DNA of 64,000 nucleotides from Candidatus Latescibacterota bacterium (lineage in GTDB: Bacteria; Latescibacterota; UBA2968; GCA-2709665). This document shows, piece by piece, positions 1 through 11,150 of the stretch. A program made the position numbers and the translations under genes. Under the pieces are notes generated by a model. That model was not told the origin of the DNA. It saw only the letters and a program-made list of their open reading frames with translations, and made no database searches. The stretch's first letter is position 1; the number at the start of each line of letters is the position of its first letter. The DNA lies in the NCBI GenBank assembly GCA_963667175.2, contig CAXXXF010000004.1, positions 256,001-320,000 of the forward strand. Direction: 5' to 3'.

Positions 1-933
1 TATGGAATCGCCCTGATTTACGGATCGACCGGCTCCACGAGCCTGCAGCAGGTTGGCGCGATGCTGTCCCGGCGCGTGGACGGCGGCCTGATGTTATACG
101 CCGGGATGGGTTTGCTGGTTGTGGGCTTTGCTTTCAAGGTGGCGGCGGTTCCGTTCCACATGTGGGCGCCCGACGTCTACGAAGGCGCGCCCGCGGCGGT
201 TACCGCCTTTCTTTCGGCGGGCCCCAAGGCGGCCGCCTTTGTTGCATTCCTGCGCGTGCTGATGGTGTCTCTGGAATCGCTGAAGACGGAGTGGACGGCG
301 GTGCTCTGGATCCTTGCCGCGCTGACCATGACCGTAGGCAACCTGAGCGCGTTGGGGCAGCGCAGCATTAAGCGAATGCTGGCATATTCCAGCGTTGCCC
401 ACGCCGGTTACGTATTGGTTGCGCTCACCGCGGCCAGCGAGAGCGGGATTTCCGCGGCGCTGTTTTATCTGCTGGCCTATACGTTCATGAATATCGGCGC
501 TTTTGCGGTCCTGATTCTGGTGGCGCGCAAGGGCGAAGAGAACCTGGATATTTCGGACTACGCGGGTCTGGGCTTCAAACATCCACTTCTCGGGCTGACG
601 ATGACGCTGTTCATGCTCTCTTTGGCCGGGCTGCCGCCCACTGCCGGATTCTTTGGTAAATTCTACATCTTCCGGGCGGCCATCGACGCGGGGCAGGTCA
701 CCCTCACCGTAATCGCGGTGCTGAACAGCCTGGTCTCCGTCTATTTCTATCTCGGCGTCGTCGTAAGTATGTATATGAGACAGCCCGCGGACCAGGAGCC
801 GGTGGGGACGTTTCCCGCGCTCGCACGAACCGCACTGCTGTTGACGTCCCTGGCGACTCTCTATATCGGACTGGCGCCCTCGCGGGTTCTGGAATATGCC
901 AGGCAGACGGTAGGCAACCTGATTGGGATTTGA
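1..933 (+). CDS. nuoN: NADH-quinone oxidoreductase subunit N (5'-partial)
   Basis: Frame is open from base 1 (YGIALIYGSTGS...). Motifs FKVAAVPFHMWAPDVYEGAP, KRMLAYSSVAHAGY, SLAGLPPTAGFFGKF. Confidence 0.95.
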   Translation, partial: YGIALIYGSTGSTSLQQVGAMLSRRVDGGLMLYAGMGLLVVGFAFKVAAVPFHMWAPDVYEGAPAAVTAFLSAGPKAAAFVAFLRVLMVSLESLKTEWTAVLWILAALTMTVGNLSALGQRSIKRMLAYSSVAHAGYVLVALTAASESGISAALFYLLAYTFMNIGAFAVLILVARKGEENLDISDYAGLGFKHPLLGLTMTLFMLSLAGLPPTAGFFGKFYIFRAAIDAGQVTLTVIAVLNSLVSVYFYLGVVVSMYMRQPADQEPVGTFPALARTALLLTSLATLYIGLAPSRVLEYARQTVGNLIGI

Positions 934-1008
934 GTGTCTCCGACCTTGCAACATGAGAGGATACACCGGCGCCTGCGCCTTTCGGCCCATAATCCATCAC
1001 ATTGAACG

Positions 1009-1260
1009 ATGGCGGAGGAAAGAAAACAATCGGGTCTCGCGGCAGCCTATCGGAAGGCGGGTCCCTATCTGAACCTGGGGATCGAGTTTGCGGCGGCCAT
1101 TCTGCTCTGCCTCTTTGGCGGACGGTGGCTGGACGGAAAACTGGGAACGGCCCCGTATCTGATGCTGGTCGGTACGTTTCTGGGCATCACCGTCGGTTTT
1201 CTGAACCTTTACAGAACGGCAATTCGACTCCAGGAACGCGATCAGAAGGACATCCAATAG
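1009..1260 (+). CDS. AtpZ/AtpI-family small membrane protein
   Basis: Two TM segments flanking GRWLDGKLGTAPYLMLVG; first gene before the Fo genes. Confidence 0.85.
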   Translation: MAEERKQSGLAAAYRKAGPYLNLGIEFAAAILLCLFGGRWLDGKLGTAPYLMLVGTFLGITVGFLNLYRTAIRLQERDQKDIQ

Positions 1261-1280
1261 CGGCCGTCCGGGGAGATTAG

Positions 1281-1467
1281 CAGTCCGTTGAAAAAGTCGC
1301 TCTGCAGGCGAGGGCGAGTCATTGTGGCCGCAGACAAGGCGCGCCTGTCTGCGTGCCTGCCTGCGCCGAGACGTGCTCGGCAGGCAGGCGGACACGCACA
1401 GGCAGGCAACGCCGTATTTCGGTCACAAGGGCCGGACGCAGACCGGATGGACTTTATCAACGGGCTG
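1281..1467. mobile_element. MITE copy 1 (187 bp) with 18-bp terminal inverted repeats
   Basis: CAGTCCGTTGAAAAAGTC ... GACTTTATCAACGGGCTG; related copies at 3026, 11836 and 44680. Confidence 0.85.
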
Positions 1468-1878
1468 TCAGACTTGGGAACGGAATTCCTCCGATTTGGC
1501 GGGCAGGTCGGGGCTGTCGTGATCGTGGCGGTGGTTTTGGGCGGTTTCCCGCTATACCTCTATTGGGGCGTTGAAATGGTCCATGCGGCCGCCGTCGGAT
1601 TTGGCATTGGCGCACTGAACGCACTGGCCGGGGGGCTCTCGGCCATCTGGTCGTTCGACCGGCCGCAGTCGGTCTTCCTGAAGACGCTGCTGGGTGGAAT
1701 GGTCCTGAGGATGCTGGTCATCTGCGGCGTGCTGGTTCTCCTGATCGAAATCACTGCGTTGTCGATTTACGGGTTGGTATTCTCTCTCTTTCTGTCGTAC
1801 CTGCTCTTTCAGATTCTGGAAATCCGGTTCTTTGTGAGGCGTGCCGCGGTTCGGCGGGCGACAAAAGAAGGGGTTTGA
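1447..1878 (+). CDS. atpI: ATP synthase subunit I-like membrane protein (start at ATG 1447 inside the MITE, or TTG 1474)
   Basis: Four TM segments, FLKTLLGGMVLRM and YLLFQILE; immediately upstream of atpB. Confidence 0.75.
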   Translation: MDFINGLSDLGTEFLRFGGQVGAVVIVAVVLGGFPLYLYWGVEMVHAAAVGFGIGALNALAGGLSAIWSFDRPQSVFLKTLLGGMVLRMLVICGVLVLLIEITALSIYGLVFSLFLSYLLFQILEIRFFVRRAAVRRATKEGV

Positions 1879-1882
1879 CTCA

Positions 1883-2683
1883 ATGGCCTCAGAAAACGCC
1901 GCGGAAGGCAAAAAAGACTACATCATGGAGCACCTGCTCGATTCTTCGGAGCTCCATCTGCCCTTCGTGCACGTCGAACTGCCTCGCTTCGAGCTGTTCG
2001 GCATTGACGTAACCATCACCCGGCACGTGGTCATGATGTGGGTTGCGGCCGCCTTTCTGCTGTGGATCTTCACCTCGACAACCCGGCGCCGCGGTCTGGT
2101 ACCCTCCGGGCTGGCCAATCTACTGGAGTGGGTTGTCGTCTTTATCCGGGATGAAGTCGCCGTTCCCAACATCGGCGCAAGAGAGGCCGGGCGGTTCCTG
2201 CCCTTTCTGTTTACCGTATTTTTCTTCATCCTGACCTGCAATCTGCTGGGCCTGGTACCCTACGGCGCAACCGCAACCGGCAATGTGAGCGTAACCGCCG
2301 GGCTGGCCGTCTGTGCCTTTCTGGTGATTCAAATGGGTGGCGTTCTGCACAACGGCCTTCTGGGTTACTTCAAAGGACTGGTGCCGCACGGACTTCCCCT
2401 GCCGATCACGCTCCTGATGATCCCTATCGAGCTCATCGGTCTGATTGCCAAGCCTTTTGCGCTGTGTATCCGTCTCTTCGCCAATATGACTGCCGGACAC
2501 GTGATTATTCTGGGGTTGCTGGGACTGATTTTCATGTTCAAGTCGTACGCCGTGGCGCCCGTGTCCGTGGCATTCGCGCTGGCGATTTACCTGCTCGAAA
2601 TCTTCGTGGCGCTGGTGCAGGCGTACATATTCACCATGTTGTCCGCCGTCTTTATCGGGATGGCTGTGCATCAGGACCACTGA
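1883..2683 (+). CDS. atpB: F0F1 ATP synthase subunit a
   Basis: KPFALCIRLFANMTAGH, EIFVALVQAYIFTML. Confidence 0.97.
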   Translation: MASENAAEGKKDYIMEHLLDSSELHLPFVHVELPRFELFGIDVTITRHVVMMWVAAAFLLWIFTSTTRRRGLVPSGLANLLEWVVVFIRDEVAVPNIGAREAGRFLPFLFTVFFFILTCNLLGLVPYGATATGNVSVTAGLAVCAFLVIQMGGVLHNGLLGYFKGLVPHGLPLPITLLMIPIELIGLIAKPFALCIRLFANMTAGHVIILGLLGLIFMFKSYAVAPVSVAFALAIYLLEIFVALVQAYIFTMLSAVFIGMAVHQDH

Positions 2684-2747
2684 GCGTAGAATCACGCTGT
2701 GATCGTTTCACTGTAAACCCTTATTTTCCTAGCGGAGGAGGTGTGTT

Positions 2748-2999
2748 GTGGCAGACGTGGCATCCGTGGCGGCCGAAGCATACGGTTATCTGTCCGCAGG
2801 CATTGGCGCGGGGCTGGTAACGATCGGCGCCGGTATTGGAATCGGACGTTTGGCCGGTATGGCCGTAGAGGGCACCGCGCGGCAGCCCGAAGCGGCCGGC
2901 GATATCCGTACCTCGATGATCATTACGGCGGCGTTCATAGAGGGTGTGGCCCTTTTCGGGCAGGTGGTCTGCTTTCTTCTGGCAACAAAAGGCGGCTGA
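2748..2999 (+). CDS. atpE: ATP synthase F0 subunit c
   Basis: GAGIGIG, ARQPEA, essential Glu in FIEGVALF; GGAGG RBS. Confidence 0.97.
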   Translation: MADVASVAAEAYGYLSAGIGAGLVTIGAGIGIGRLAGMAVEGTARQPEAAGDIRTSMIITAAFIEGVALFGQVVCFLLATKGG

Positions 3000-3025
3000 G
3001 AAAGCAACCCATTGAGGACGTCTAA

Positions 3026-3295
3026 CAGTCCGTTGAAAAAGTCGCTCCGCAGGCGAGGCCGAGGCATTGTGGCCGAAGACAAGGCGCGCCTGTCTGCGTG
3101 CCTGCCTGCGCCGAGACGTGCTCGGCAGGCAGGCGGACACGCACAGGCAGGCGACCGACGCGAATCCCTGGATTCAGGGAGGGAGCGCCTGCCTGCCGCA
3201 GGCAGGCAACACGGTAATCCGGCCACAAGGGCCGGACACCTGTCTGCGTGCGAACGCACAGGCAGGCAGCCCGGATGTGCTTTTTCAAAGGGCTG
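3026..3295. mobile_element. MITE copy 2 (270 bp) between atpE and atpF
   Basis: CAGTCCGTTGAAAAAGTC ... GCTTTTTCAAAGGGCTG; carries palindromic modules at 3089-3151, 3188-3206 and 3239-3266. Confidence 0.85.
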
Positions 3296-3314
3296 ATAAA
3301 CCAGAGGAACGGGT

Positions 3315-3812
3315 ATGTTGCTGAATGTCGATACAGGTCTGATGTTCTGGACCATTGTTACCTTTGTCCTGCTTCTGCTTGTTCTCAAGCGTGTTGCCTG
3401 GAAACCCCTGCTGGCCATGCTGGAGGAGCGTGAAAAGCGCATTCGGGATTCCCTGAACCAGGCCGAAAAAGCCAGGGAAGAAGCGCAGAGCGCGGCTGAA
3501 CAAAACCGTCGGGCCATGGAGCAGGCGCAGGCCGACGCCCGGCAGGCGATTTCGGAAGGGCGGGAAACGGCCGAGCGCGCGGCGCAGGAAGTGCGCGAAC
3601 GCGCGGCGGAAGAAGCGCGGCAGATGCTGGAGCAGGCCCGGCGGACGATTCGGCAGGAGAAGGAGCAGGCGATCCAGGAATTGCGCACGCACGCCGCGGG
3701 TTTGGCCATCGAAGCCGCGGGCAAAGTACTGGACGAGAATCTGGACAATGAGAGAAACCGGAAGCTGGTCGACGAGTTTATCGACAGCATTCCGGAACCG
3801 GGTCAAAACTGA
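3315..3812 (+). CDS. atpF: F0F1 ATP synthase subunit b
   Basis: N-terminal TM, AWKPLLAMLEERE, long coiled coil. Confidence 0.95.
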   Translation: MLLNVDTGLMFWTIVTFVLLLLVLKRVAWKPLLAMLEEREKRIRDSLNQAEKAREEAQSAAEQNRRAMEQAQADARQAISEGRETAERAAQEVRERAAEEARQMLEQARRTIRQEKEQAIQELRTHAAGLAIEAAGKVLDENLDNERNRKLVDEFIDSIPEPGQN

Positions 3813-3827
3813 TTTCCGGAGCCGAAC

Positions 3828-4367
3828 TTGAACGAAACCCCCGTCGCAATGCGATATGCCAGGGCGCTGATCCAGGCGGCAGAAGAGCGGGATGCGCTGG
3901 ACCGGGTCCGTGAGGACCTGGAGGGTCTTCTTGACCTGATCCGTGAGTCGGAAGACCTGCGGGCCTTTCTGAGCGACCCCCTGACTTATCCGGAACAGAA
4001 GCGGTCGGCCGTCCGGAGGCTTTTTTCGGGCCGGACCGGCGATCTCACGCTGAATTTCCTGCTGCTGTTGTGCGACAAAAGGCGCGAACGGGGACTCGAC
4101 GGGATCATCAGGGCCTTTCTGACGCTTCTCGATGAACGAAGGGGCATGATCACCGCATACGTGAGGTCGGCGCAGGAACTCTCAGAGGACCAGCGCGCGA
4201 GGATCGCGCGGCGGTTGTCGAGTTATTCAGGGAAGCAGGTACGGCTGGACGTGCAAGTCGACGAGGGACTCAAAGCGGGTTTTGTGACCAGGATGGGGGA
4301 CCACGTGTTCGACGCAACCCTCGAAGCGCAGTTGAATCGGATGCGCCAGAGGCTGGTTTCGGGCTGA
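3828..4367 (+). CDS. atpH: ATP synthase F1 subunit delta
   Basis: VAMRYARAL, NFLLLLCDKRR, VDEGLKAG; operon position. Confidence 0.93.
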   Translation: MNETPVAMRYARALIQAAEERDALDRVREDLEGLLDLIRESEDLRAFLSDPLTYPEQKRSAVRRLFSGRTGDLTLNFLLLLCDKRRERGLDGIIRAFLTLLDERRGMITAYVRSAQELSEDQRARIARRLSSYSGKQVRLDVQVDEGLKAGFVTRMGDHVFDATLEAQLNRMRQRLVSG

Positions 4368-4387
4368 TAACCGAGGTGTAGACACTT

Positions 4388-5908
4388 ATGGCGATGAACT
4401 TGCAGATTCGCCCCGATGAGGTCTCCGATATTCTCAAGCAGCAGATACTGGAGGTCGAACGGGACATTGACGTTTACGAAACCGGAACCGTGCTGCAGGT
4501 GGGGGACGGCGTGGCGCGCGTTCACGGCCTGGGCAACGCGCAGGCCAGCGAGTTGGTGGCGTTTCCCGATAACATCATGGGCATGGCGTTCAACCTGGAA
4601 GAGGACAACGTCGGCTGCGTCCTTTTCGGGGACGACACGGCAATCAAAGAGGGCGATCAGGTTCGGCGTACGGGACGCGTCGTCGAAGTCCCCGTGGGAG
4701 ACGAATTGCTGGGCCGGGTGGTGACGCCTCTGGGCGAACCGCTGGATGGAAAGGGGCCGGTTGGCGCCTCGCAGACGTTGCCGGTGGAGCGGATTGCGCC
4801 CGGCGTGATCCAGCGCCAGCCGGTGGAGGAAGCGCTGCAGACGGGAATCAAGGTCGTGGACGCCGCAACGCCGATCGGGCGCGGACAGCGGGAGTTGATC
4901 ATCGGGGACCGGCAAACCGGGAAGACGGCCATCGGGCTGGACGCCATCATCAATCAGAAAGACAGCGGCGTCAAATGCATCTACGTGGGTATCGGACAGA
5001 AGGCGTCGTCCGTGGCAAAAGTGGTTGCCGAACTCGAGGCAAACGGCGCCCTGGAGTACACAATCGTGGTTTCGGCCACGGCCAGCGATCCGGCGCCGCT
5101 CCAGTTCCTGGCGCCCTACGCCGGATGTTCGATGGGCGAATACTTCCGCGACAAGGGCGAACACGCGCTGATCGTGTACGACGATCTCTCCAAGCAGGCG
5201 TGGGCCTACAGGGAAATGGCCCTCGTCCTGCGCCGGCCGCCGGGGCGGGAAGCCTATCCCGGCGACGTGTTCTACCTGCACTCGCGCCTTCTGGAACGCG
5301 CCTGCAAATTGAGCGACGAGGAGGGCGCAGGCTCACTCACGGCGCTGCCCATCATCGAGATCCTCGAAGGAGACGTATCCACGTTCGTGCCGACCAACGT
5401 GATCTCGATCACCGACGGTCAGATTCTGCTGAAGCCGGAGTTGTTCTATTCCGGAATCCGTCCGGCCATGGACGTGGGCGCTTCCGTTTCCAGGGTCAGT
5501 TCGGCCAAAACACGGGCGATGCGGTCGGTTTCCGGCACGTTGAGCGGCGATATCGCGCGATACAACGAGGTCCAGGCCTTCGCACAGTTCGGGGCTTCGG
5601 ACCTGGACATGGCCACCCGGAACCTGCTGAACCGAGGAGAGAAACTGATCGAGATTCTCAAACAGGACCAGTACACGCCCATGTCGCTGGGCGAGCAGGT
5701 GGTGTCCCTGACCGTCGGCGCGAGCATCGACGAACTGCCCACGGACGACGTGCGGCGGTTTGAGACCGAGGCACTGGCCTACATGCGAGACCACCACCAG
5801 GACGTGGTGGACGAGATCACGAGAAGCGAAGAACTGAGCGATGAGGCGAAGACCGTCATCGAAGCCGCTATCGAGAGCGTAAAGCGCGGCTTTCAGGTGT
5901 CGGCGTAG
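4388..5908 (+). CDS. atpA: ATP synthase F1 subunit alpha
   Basis: [42 protein letters not shown]. Confidence 0.98.
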   Translation: MAMNLQIRPDEVSDILKQQILEVERDIDVYETGTVLQVGDGVARVHGLGNAQASELVAFPDNIMGMAFNLEEDNVGCVLFGDDTAIKEGDQVRRTGRVVEVPVGDELLGRVVTPLGEPLDGKGPVGASQTLPVERIAPGVIQRQPVEEALQTGIKVVDAATPIGRGQRELIIGDRQTGKTAIGLDAIINQKDSGVKCIYVGIGQKASSVAKVVAELEANGALEYTIVVSATASDPAPLQFLAPYAGCSMGEYFRDKGEHALIVYDDLSKQAWAYREMALVLRRPPGREAYPGDVFYLHSRLLERACKLSDEEGAGSLTALPIIEILEGDVSTFVPTNVISITDGQILLKPELFYSGIRPAMDVGASVSRVSSAKTRAMRSVSGTLSGDIARYNEVQAFAQFGASDLDMATRNLLNRGEKLIEILKQDQYTPMSLGEQVVSLTVGASIDELPTDDVRRFETEALAYMRDHHQDVVDEITRSEELSDEAKTVIEAAIESVKRGFQVSA

Positions 5909-5927
5909 GCGCGCGGGGGAGTAGCCG

Positions 5928-6779
5928 GTGGCAACGTTGCGTCAACTCAGAAACCGGGTAACCGGGGTCACAAATATCCAGAAGGTGACACACGCCATGC
6001 AGCTGGTTGCCGCGGCCAGGGTGCGCAAAGCCCAGGATGCGATCCTGGCCGCCCGGCCCTATGCGGAGCAACTCGACCGCACCCTTCAACGGCTTACCGC
6101 AAGCATCGACGCGGATCGGCATCCTCTGTTCCGTCACGGGGAATCCGGCCGGACCGCGGTTGCGGTGGTGACGGCGGACCGCGGCCTGTGCGGCGGTTTT
6201 AACGCCGGCATCTGCCGGAAAGCGCTTTCGGTACTGGAAGAACATGGAGAGGTCGAACTGGTCGCGATCGGCAGGAAGGGACGCGACTTCTTTCACAACC
6301 GCGGAGTACCGATCAGTCGCGAATACCTCGACGTGTTTGGCAACCTGAATTTCGATCAGGCCATGGAAATCGCCGGCGACCTGACGGAGCGCTTCGTATC
6401 CGGTGACGTGGACCAGGTGTGGATTGCCAACAACGAATTCCTCTCGCTTGGACGGCAGGAGCCCGTGATCAACCTTCTTCTTCCGGTTGCGCCGCACGAA
6501 ACCGCCGAGGAAGGCCCGTCCGGCGAGTACATCTTCGAGCCTGAACCCGAACAATTGCTGAATTCGCTCGTTCCCAGGCACGTGAACTACCAGGTATGGC
6601 GCGCCCTGCTGGAGTCCAACGTCGGAGAGCAGGCTGCGCGCATGGCGGCCATGGACAACGCGACGAAGAACGCGGGAGACCTGATCGAAGATTTGACGCG
6701 CGAGATGAACAAGGTGCGCCAGTCTTCGATTACACTGGAGCTGATGGACATCATCGGCGGCGCCGAGGCCGTGGCGTAG
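5928..6779 (+). CDS. atpG: ATP synthase F1 subunit gamma
   Basis: KVTHAMQLVAAA, DRGLCGGFN, RMAAMDNATKNA, RQSSITLELMDI. Confidence 0.97.
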   Translation: MATLRQLRNRVTGVTNIQKVTHAMQLVAAARVRKAQDAILAARPYAEQLDRTLQRLTASIDADRHPLFRHGESGRTAVAVVTADRGLCGGFNAGICRKALSVLEEHGEVELVAIGRKGRDFFHNRGVPISREYLDVFGNLNFDQAMEIAGDLTERFVSGDVDQVWIANNEFLSLGRQEPVINLLLPVAPHETAEEGPSGEYIFEPEPEQLLNSLVPRHVNYQVWRALLESNVGEQAARMAAMDNATKNAGDLIEDLTREMNKVRQSSITLELMDIIGGAEAVA

Positions 6780-6806
6780 GACGGTTTTCGCGCATGTCGC
6801 GGCTAC

Positions 6807-8393
<1,587 letters not shown>

Positions 8394-8418
8394 GGTCTGT
8401 ATTACACACGGGGCACTG

Positions 8419-8823
8419 ATGCCGGGGTTTCATCTCGAGATTGTAACACCGGAAAAAACGGTTTATTCGGGTGAAGTGGAGAGCCTGCGCGCGCCTGGCG
8501 TCGAGGGCGGGTTCGGCGTGCTTGCCGGGCACCATCCGATGCTGACCGCGCTGGACATCGGCTGGATGTCCTTTTCCGACCGGGAGCATGGATCGAGGTC
8601 GGTCGCGATCGGCGGCGGGTTCGCGGAAGTCCAGCGCGATAGCGTTACCATTCTTGCGGAGACGGCGGAATTCGCGGAGGAAATCGACGTGACCCGAGCA
8701 GAAGGCGCCAGGGATCGCGCCCGTGAAAGGCTGGCGCGAAAACGGGAACAGCAGATCGACGAGACGCGGGCGAACCTGGCCCTGGCCCGGGCGGCCAACC
8801 GGCTGCGGATCGGGGGACTTTAG
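8419..8823 (+). CDS. atpC: ATP synthase F1 subunit epsilon
   Basis: LEIVTPE, GVLAGHHP, GGFAEV. Confidence 0.96.
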   Translation: MPGFHLEIVTPEKTVYSGEVESLRAPGVEGGFGVLAGHHPMLTALDIGWMSFSDREHGSRSVAIGGGFAEVQRDSVTILAETAEFAEEIDVTRAEGARDRARERLARKREQQIDETRANLALARAANRLRIGGL

Positions 8824-8853
8824 ACCTCCATTTCAGACAAGGTGTTTCCATGA

Positions 8854-8884
8854 ATGGGTGGGTTTTGAAACCCGCCCGTTTTTA
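8854..8884 (+). terminator. Probable intrinsic terminator of the atp operon (REP-like hairpin + T run)
   Basis: atgggtgggttt-tg-aaacccgcccgt followed by ttttt. Confidence 0.6.
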
Positions 8885-8901
8885 TTGGCTCTCAGCCTAA
8901 C

Positions 8902-9168
8902 GGCGGGCAACAACAAAGGTTGCCCCTACAACAAGGATTCGCAACGCAACGCGGGCGGTTCGCGAACCGCCCCGACACAAAGACGGGTTCCCCGTTCTGC
9001 TCCCCCTCTCCCTCCGGGAGAGGGGGCCTGCCTGCCGAGCAGAACTCGGCGCAGGCAGGCCGGGGGGAGAGGTCCCGGGAGCGAGGGCATCCTGCCCTCG
9101 GAACGCCCCTCGCGGTCCTGTCTCTTCACGGCGTTGACGTCATTGGGTTGGTCTTGATTCAAGCTGAC
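8902..9168. repeat. Cluster of REP-like palindromes, including a CCCCTCTCCC...GGGAGAGGGG repeat with a nested 33-bp CCTG...CAGG palindrome (9027-9059)
   Basis: gcgggcaac..gttgcccctac; cgggcggttcgcgaaccgcccc; the nested unit is identical to 43786-43818. Confidence 0.8.
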
Positions 9169-9190
9169 CACTGTCTTTACGAGGTTCTAC

Positions 9191-9943
9191 ATGTCCAATG
9201 CTACGATTGACCTCCTGATGTCACACCGAAGTGTCCGCCGGTTCCAGAACCGGCCGCTGCCCGACGGCGTCCTGGAGACCCTGATCCGGTGCGGGCAGCA
9301 GGCGAGCACGTCCAGCAACCTGCAGGCCTACACGGTCATCCACGTAGCAGATCCAGAGCGGAAGAAGAGACTGGCCGAACTGTGCGCCGACCAGGTGCAG
9401 ATTCACCAGAGTGCGGCGTTTCTGGCCTTCTGCGCGGACCTGCACCGGGACTGGATGGCCAACCGGATGCACGACGCGGAACGGTTTGACGGGGACTACG
9501 CGGAGGCCTTGATGATCGCGACGGTGGACGTGGCGCTGATGATGCAGAACGTGGCGATTGCCGCGGAATCGCTGGGACTGGGCATCTGTATGATCGGCGC
9601 GATGCGGAACAACCCGAAGTCGGTGGGCAAGTTGCTGGATCTGCCTCCGTACGTCGTGGCCGTGGCCGGCTTCTGCATCGGGTATCCGGCGCAGGATCCG
9701 GAGGTCAAACCGCGGTTGCCTCTGGACGCCGTTTTGCATCGCGAGCGGTATCTCTGCGACGAGACGCATCAATTGGCCATGGAGGAATACGACGAGACCA
9801 TGGTCGATTTCTATACCTCGCAGGGGATGCACGAAGGCGACCAGCGATGGACGACGGTCATGGCCGACCGCACCGGGCAATTCCACGCCCGCGCCGAACT
9901 GGACGAGTTCCTGACGGCCCAGGGGTTCCGGGTGCGTCGCTGA
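9191..9943 (+). CDS. NADPH-dependent nitroreductase (NfsA/FRP family)
   Basis: HRSVRRF, ASTSSNLQAY, AAESLGLG, KPRLP. Confidence 0.92.
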   Translation: MSNATIDLLMSHRSVRRFQNRPLPDGVLETLIRCGQQASTSSNLQAYTVIHVADPERKKRLAELCADQVQIHQSAAFLAFCADLHRDWMANRMHDAERFDGDYAEALMIATVDVALMMQNVAIAAESLGLGICMIGAMRNNPKSVGKLLDLPPYVVAVAGFCIGYPAQDPEVKPRLPLDAVLHRERYLCDETHQLAMEEYDETMVDFYTSQGMHEGDQRWTTVMADRTGQFHARAELDEFLTAQGFRVRR

Positions 9944-10030
9944 ATCCTGTCCGGCTTGCCTTGTTCTTGACGTCCGGCGGAACATTGTGTATACATTGAA
10001 AAACCGGTGCCTCAACGAAAGTATAGGACA

Positions 10031-10342
10031 ATGGCTGATTCGAAAGTAGACAGGCTCGTTGGCGAGGTCGTAAAGCGTGTGAATCCACTGCGAATCGTGC
10101 TCTTCGGCTCAGCAGCCAGAAACGAGTCAGGGCTGCAGGGCGACATCGATCTTCTGGTCGTCATGCCCGACGGCGCCCATCGGCGGCGAACCGCGCAGAA
10201 ACTCTACCGAGAAGTCAAAGGCCTGGCCGTACCATTCGATATTGTCGTCGCAACCGAACAGGACCTGAAAGAGCACAAAAACAATGACGGCCTGATCTAC
10301 AAGAACGCCCTCAGGGAAGGCATTGAAGTCTATGGGCTCTGA
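10031..10342 (+). CDS. Minimal nucleotidyltransferase (MNT antitoxin)
   Basis: LFGSAAR...GDIDLLVV; overlaps the downstream HEPN gene. Confidence 0.9.
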   Translation: MADSKVDRLVGEVVKRVNPLRIVLFGSAARNESGLQGDIDLLVVMPDGAHRRRTAQKLYREVKGLAVPFDIVVATEQDLKEHKNNDGLIYKNALREGIEVYGL

Positions 10343-10733
10343 GACTCAGGTTCCAGGGAATGCCGAAGACTGGCTGCGCTACGCCAGGAGCGACCTGAAG
10401 CTTGCCCGCATCGATAGGCCAGAGGGTGTCTTGCTGGAGAACCTTTGTTTTCATGCTCAACAGGCTGTAGAAAAGACGCTAAAGGCAGTTCTTGTGTTCC
10501 CTAAGGTACATTTCCCCACCACCCACAATATTCGAACATTGATCGATTTCTTACCTGATATGGATATTCCGGAGTTCGTAGAAGACTCCGCAGCTCTGAC
10601 GGACTATGCCGTTGTGTCTCGATATCCCGGAAACATCGAGCCGGTCGAAGAAAACAAATACCGGCATTCAATTTTCGTTGCAGAGGCAGTCCTGAGTTGG
10701 GCAGAGACGTTGATTTACAAAGGCGATACATGA
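10332..10733 (+). CDS. HEPN domain protein
   Basis: WLRYARSDL, CFHAQQAVEKTLKA, THNI, SRYP. Confidence 0.9.
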   Translation: MGSETQVPGNAEDWLRYARSDLKLARIDRPEGVLLENLCFHAQQAVEKTLKAVLVFPKVHFPTTHNIRTLIDFLPDMDIPEFVEDSAALTDYAVVSRYPGNIEPVEENKYRHSIFVAEAVLSWAETLIYKGDT

Positions 10734-11095
10734 ACAACGTCATTGAACATATCGATCGCCTGAAATCGGAGTTGGGCGAATTACGGCCATTGCCTTCCGA
10801 GGTCGTAGGGCGAATCGAGCAAAAGCTCCGGATCAAGTCCAATTACCACTCGAATGCCATCGAAGGCAACAGCCTGACGCTTGGAGAAACGAAAAGCGTG
10901 ATCCTCCATGGACTGTCCGCCCATGGCATGAGGATGCGGGATCATTTTGATATTGAGAGCCATGATGATGCGACAAAGGCAGTTGAGGATGCAGTCAAAC
11001 ACAACGAACCTCTCAATGAGATCTTCATTCGGAATCTCCACAAAATACCGTTGAAAGCGCCCGATAGAATCGCTACGTCCAATGAAGGCGTATAG
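10730..11095 (+). pseudogene. Truncated Fic-family gene (N-terminal ~110 aa paralog of 15867-17192, no catalytic motif)
   Basis: YHSNAIEGNSLTLGET is nearly identical to the full Fic; similarity stops after FIRNLHKIPLKAP. Confidence 0.85.
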
Positions 11096-11150
11096 ATTGG
11101 CCGATTTCTCAGCTAATGACGACAAGACGACTCGACAGGAGTAATTAGTA

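Noticed and set aside
3012-3324. Short ORFs with ACLPA/RQAG peptides (also at 8723-9210, 11790-12111, 47542-48120 and the 1288-1446 extension of atpI)
   Set aside because: Translations of MITE and palindromic repeat DNA, not genes.
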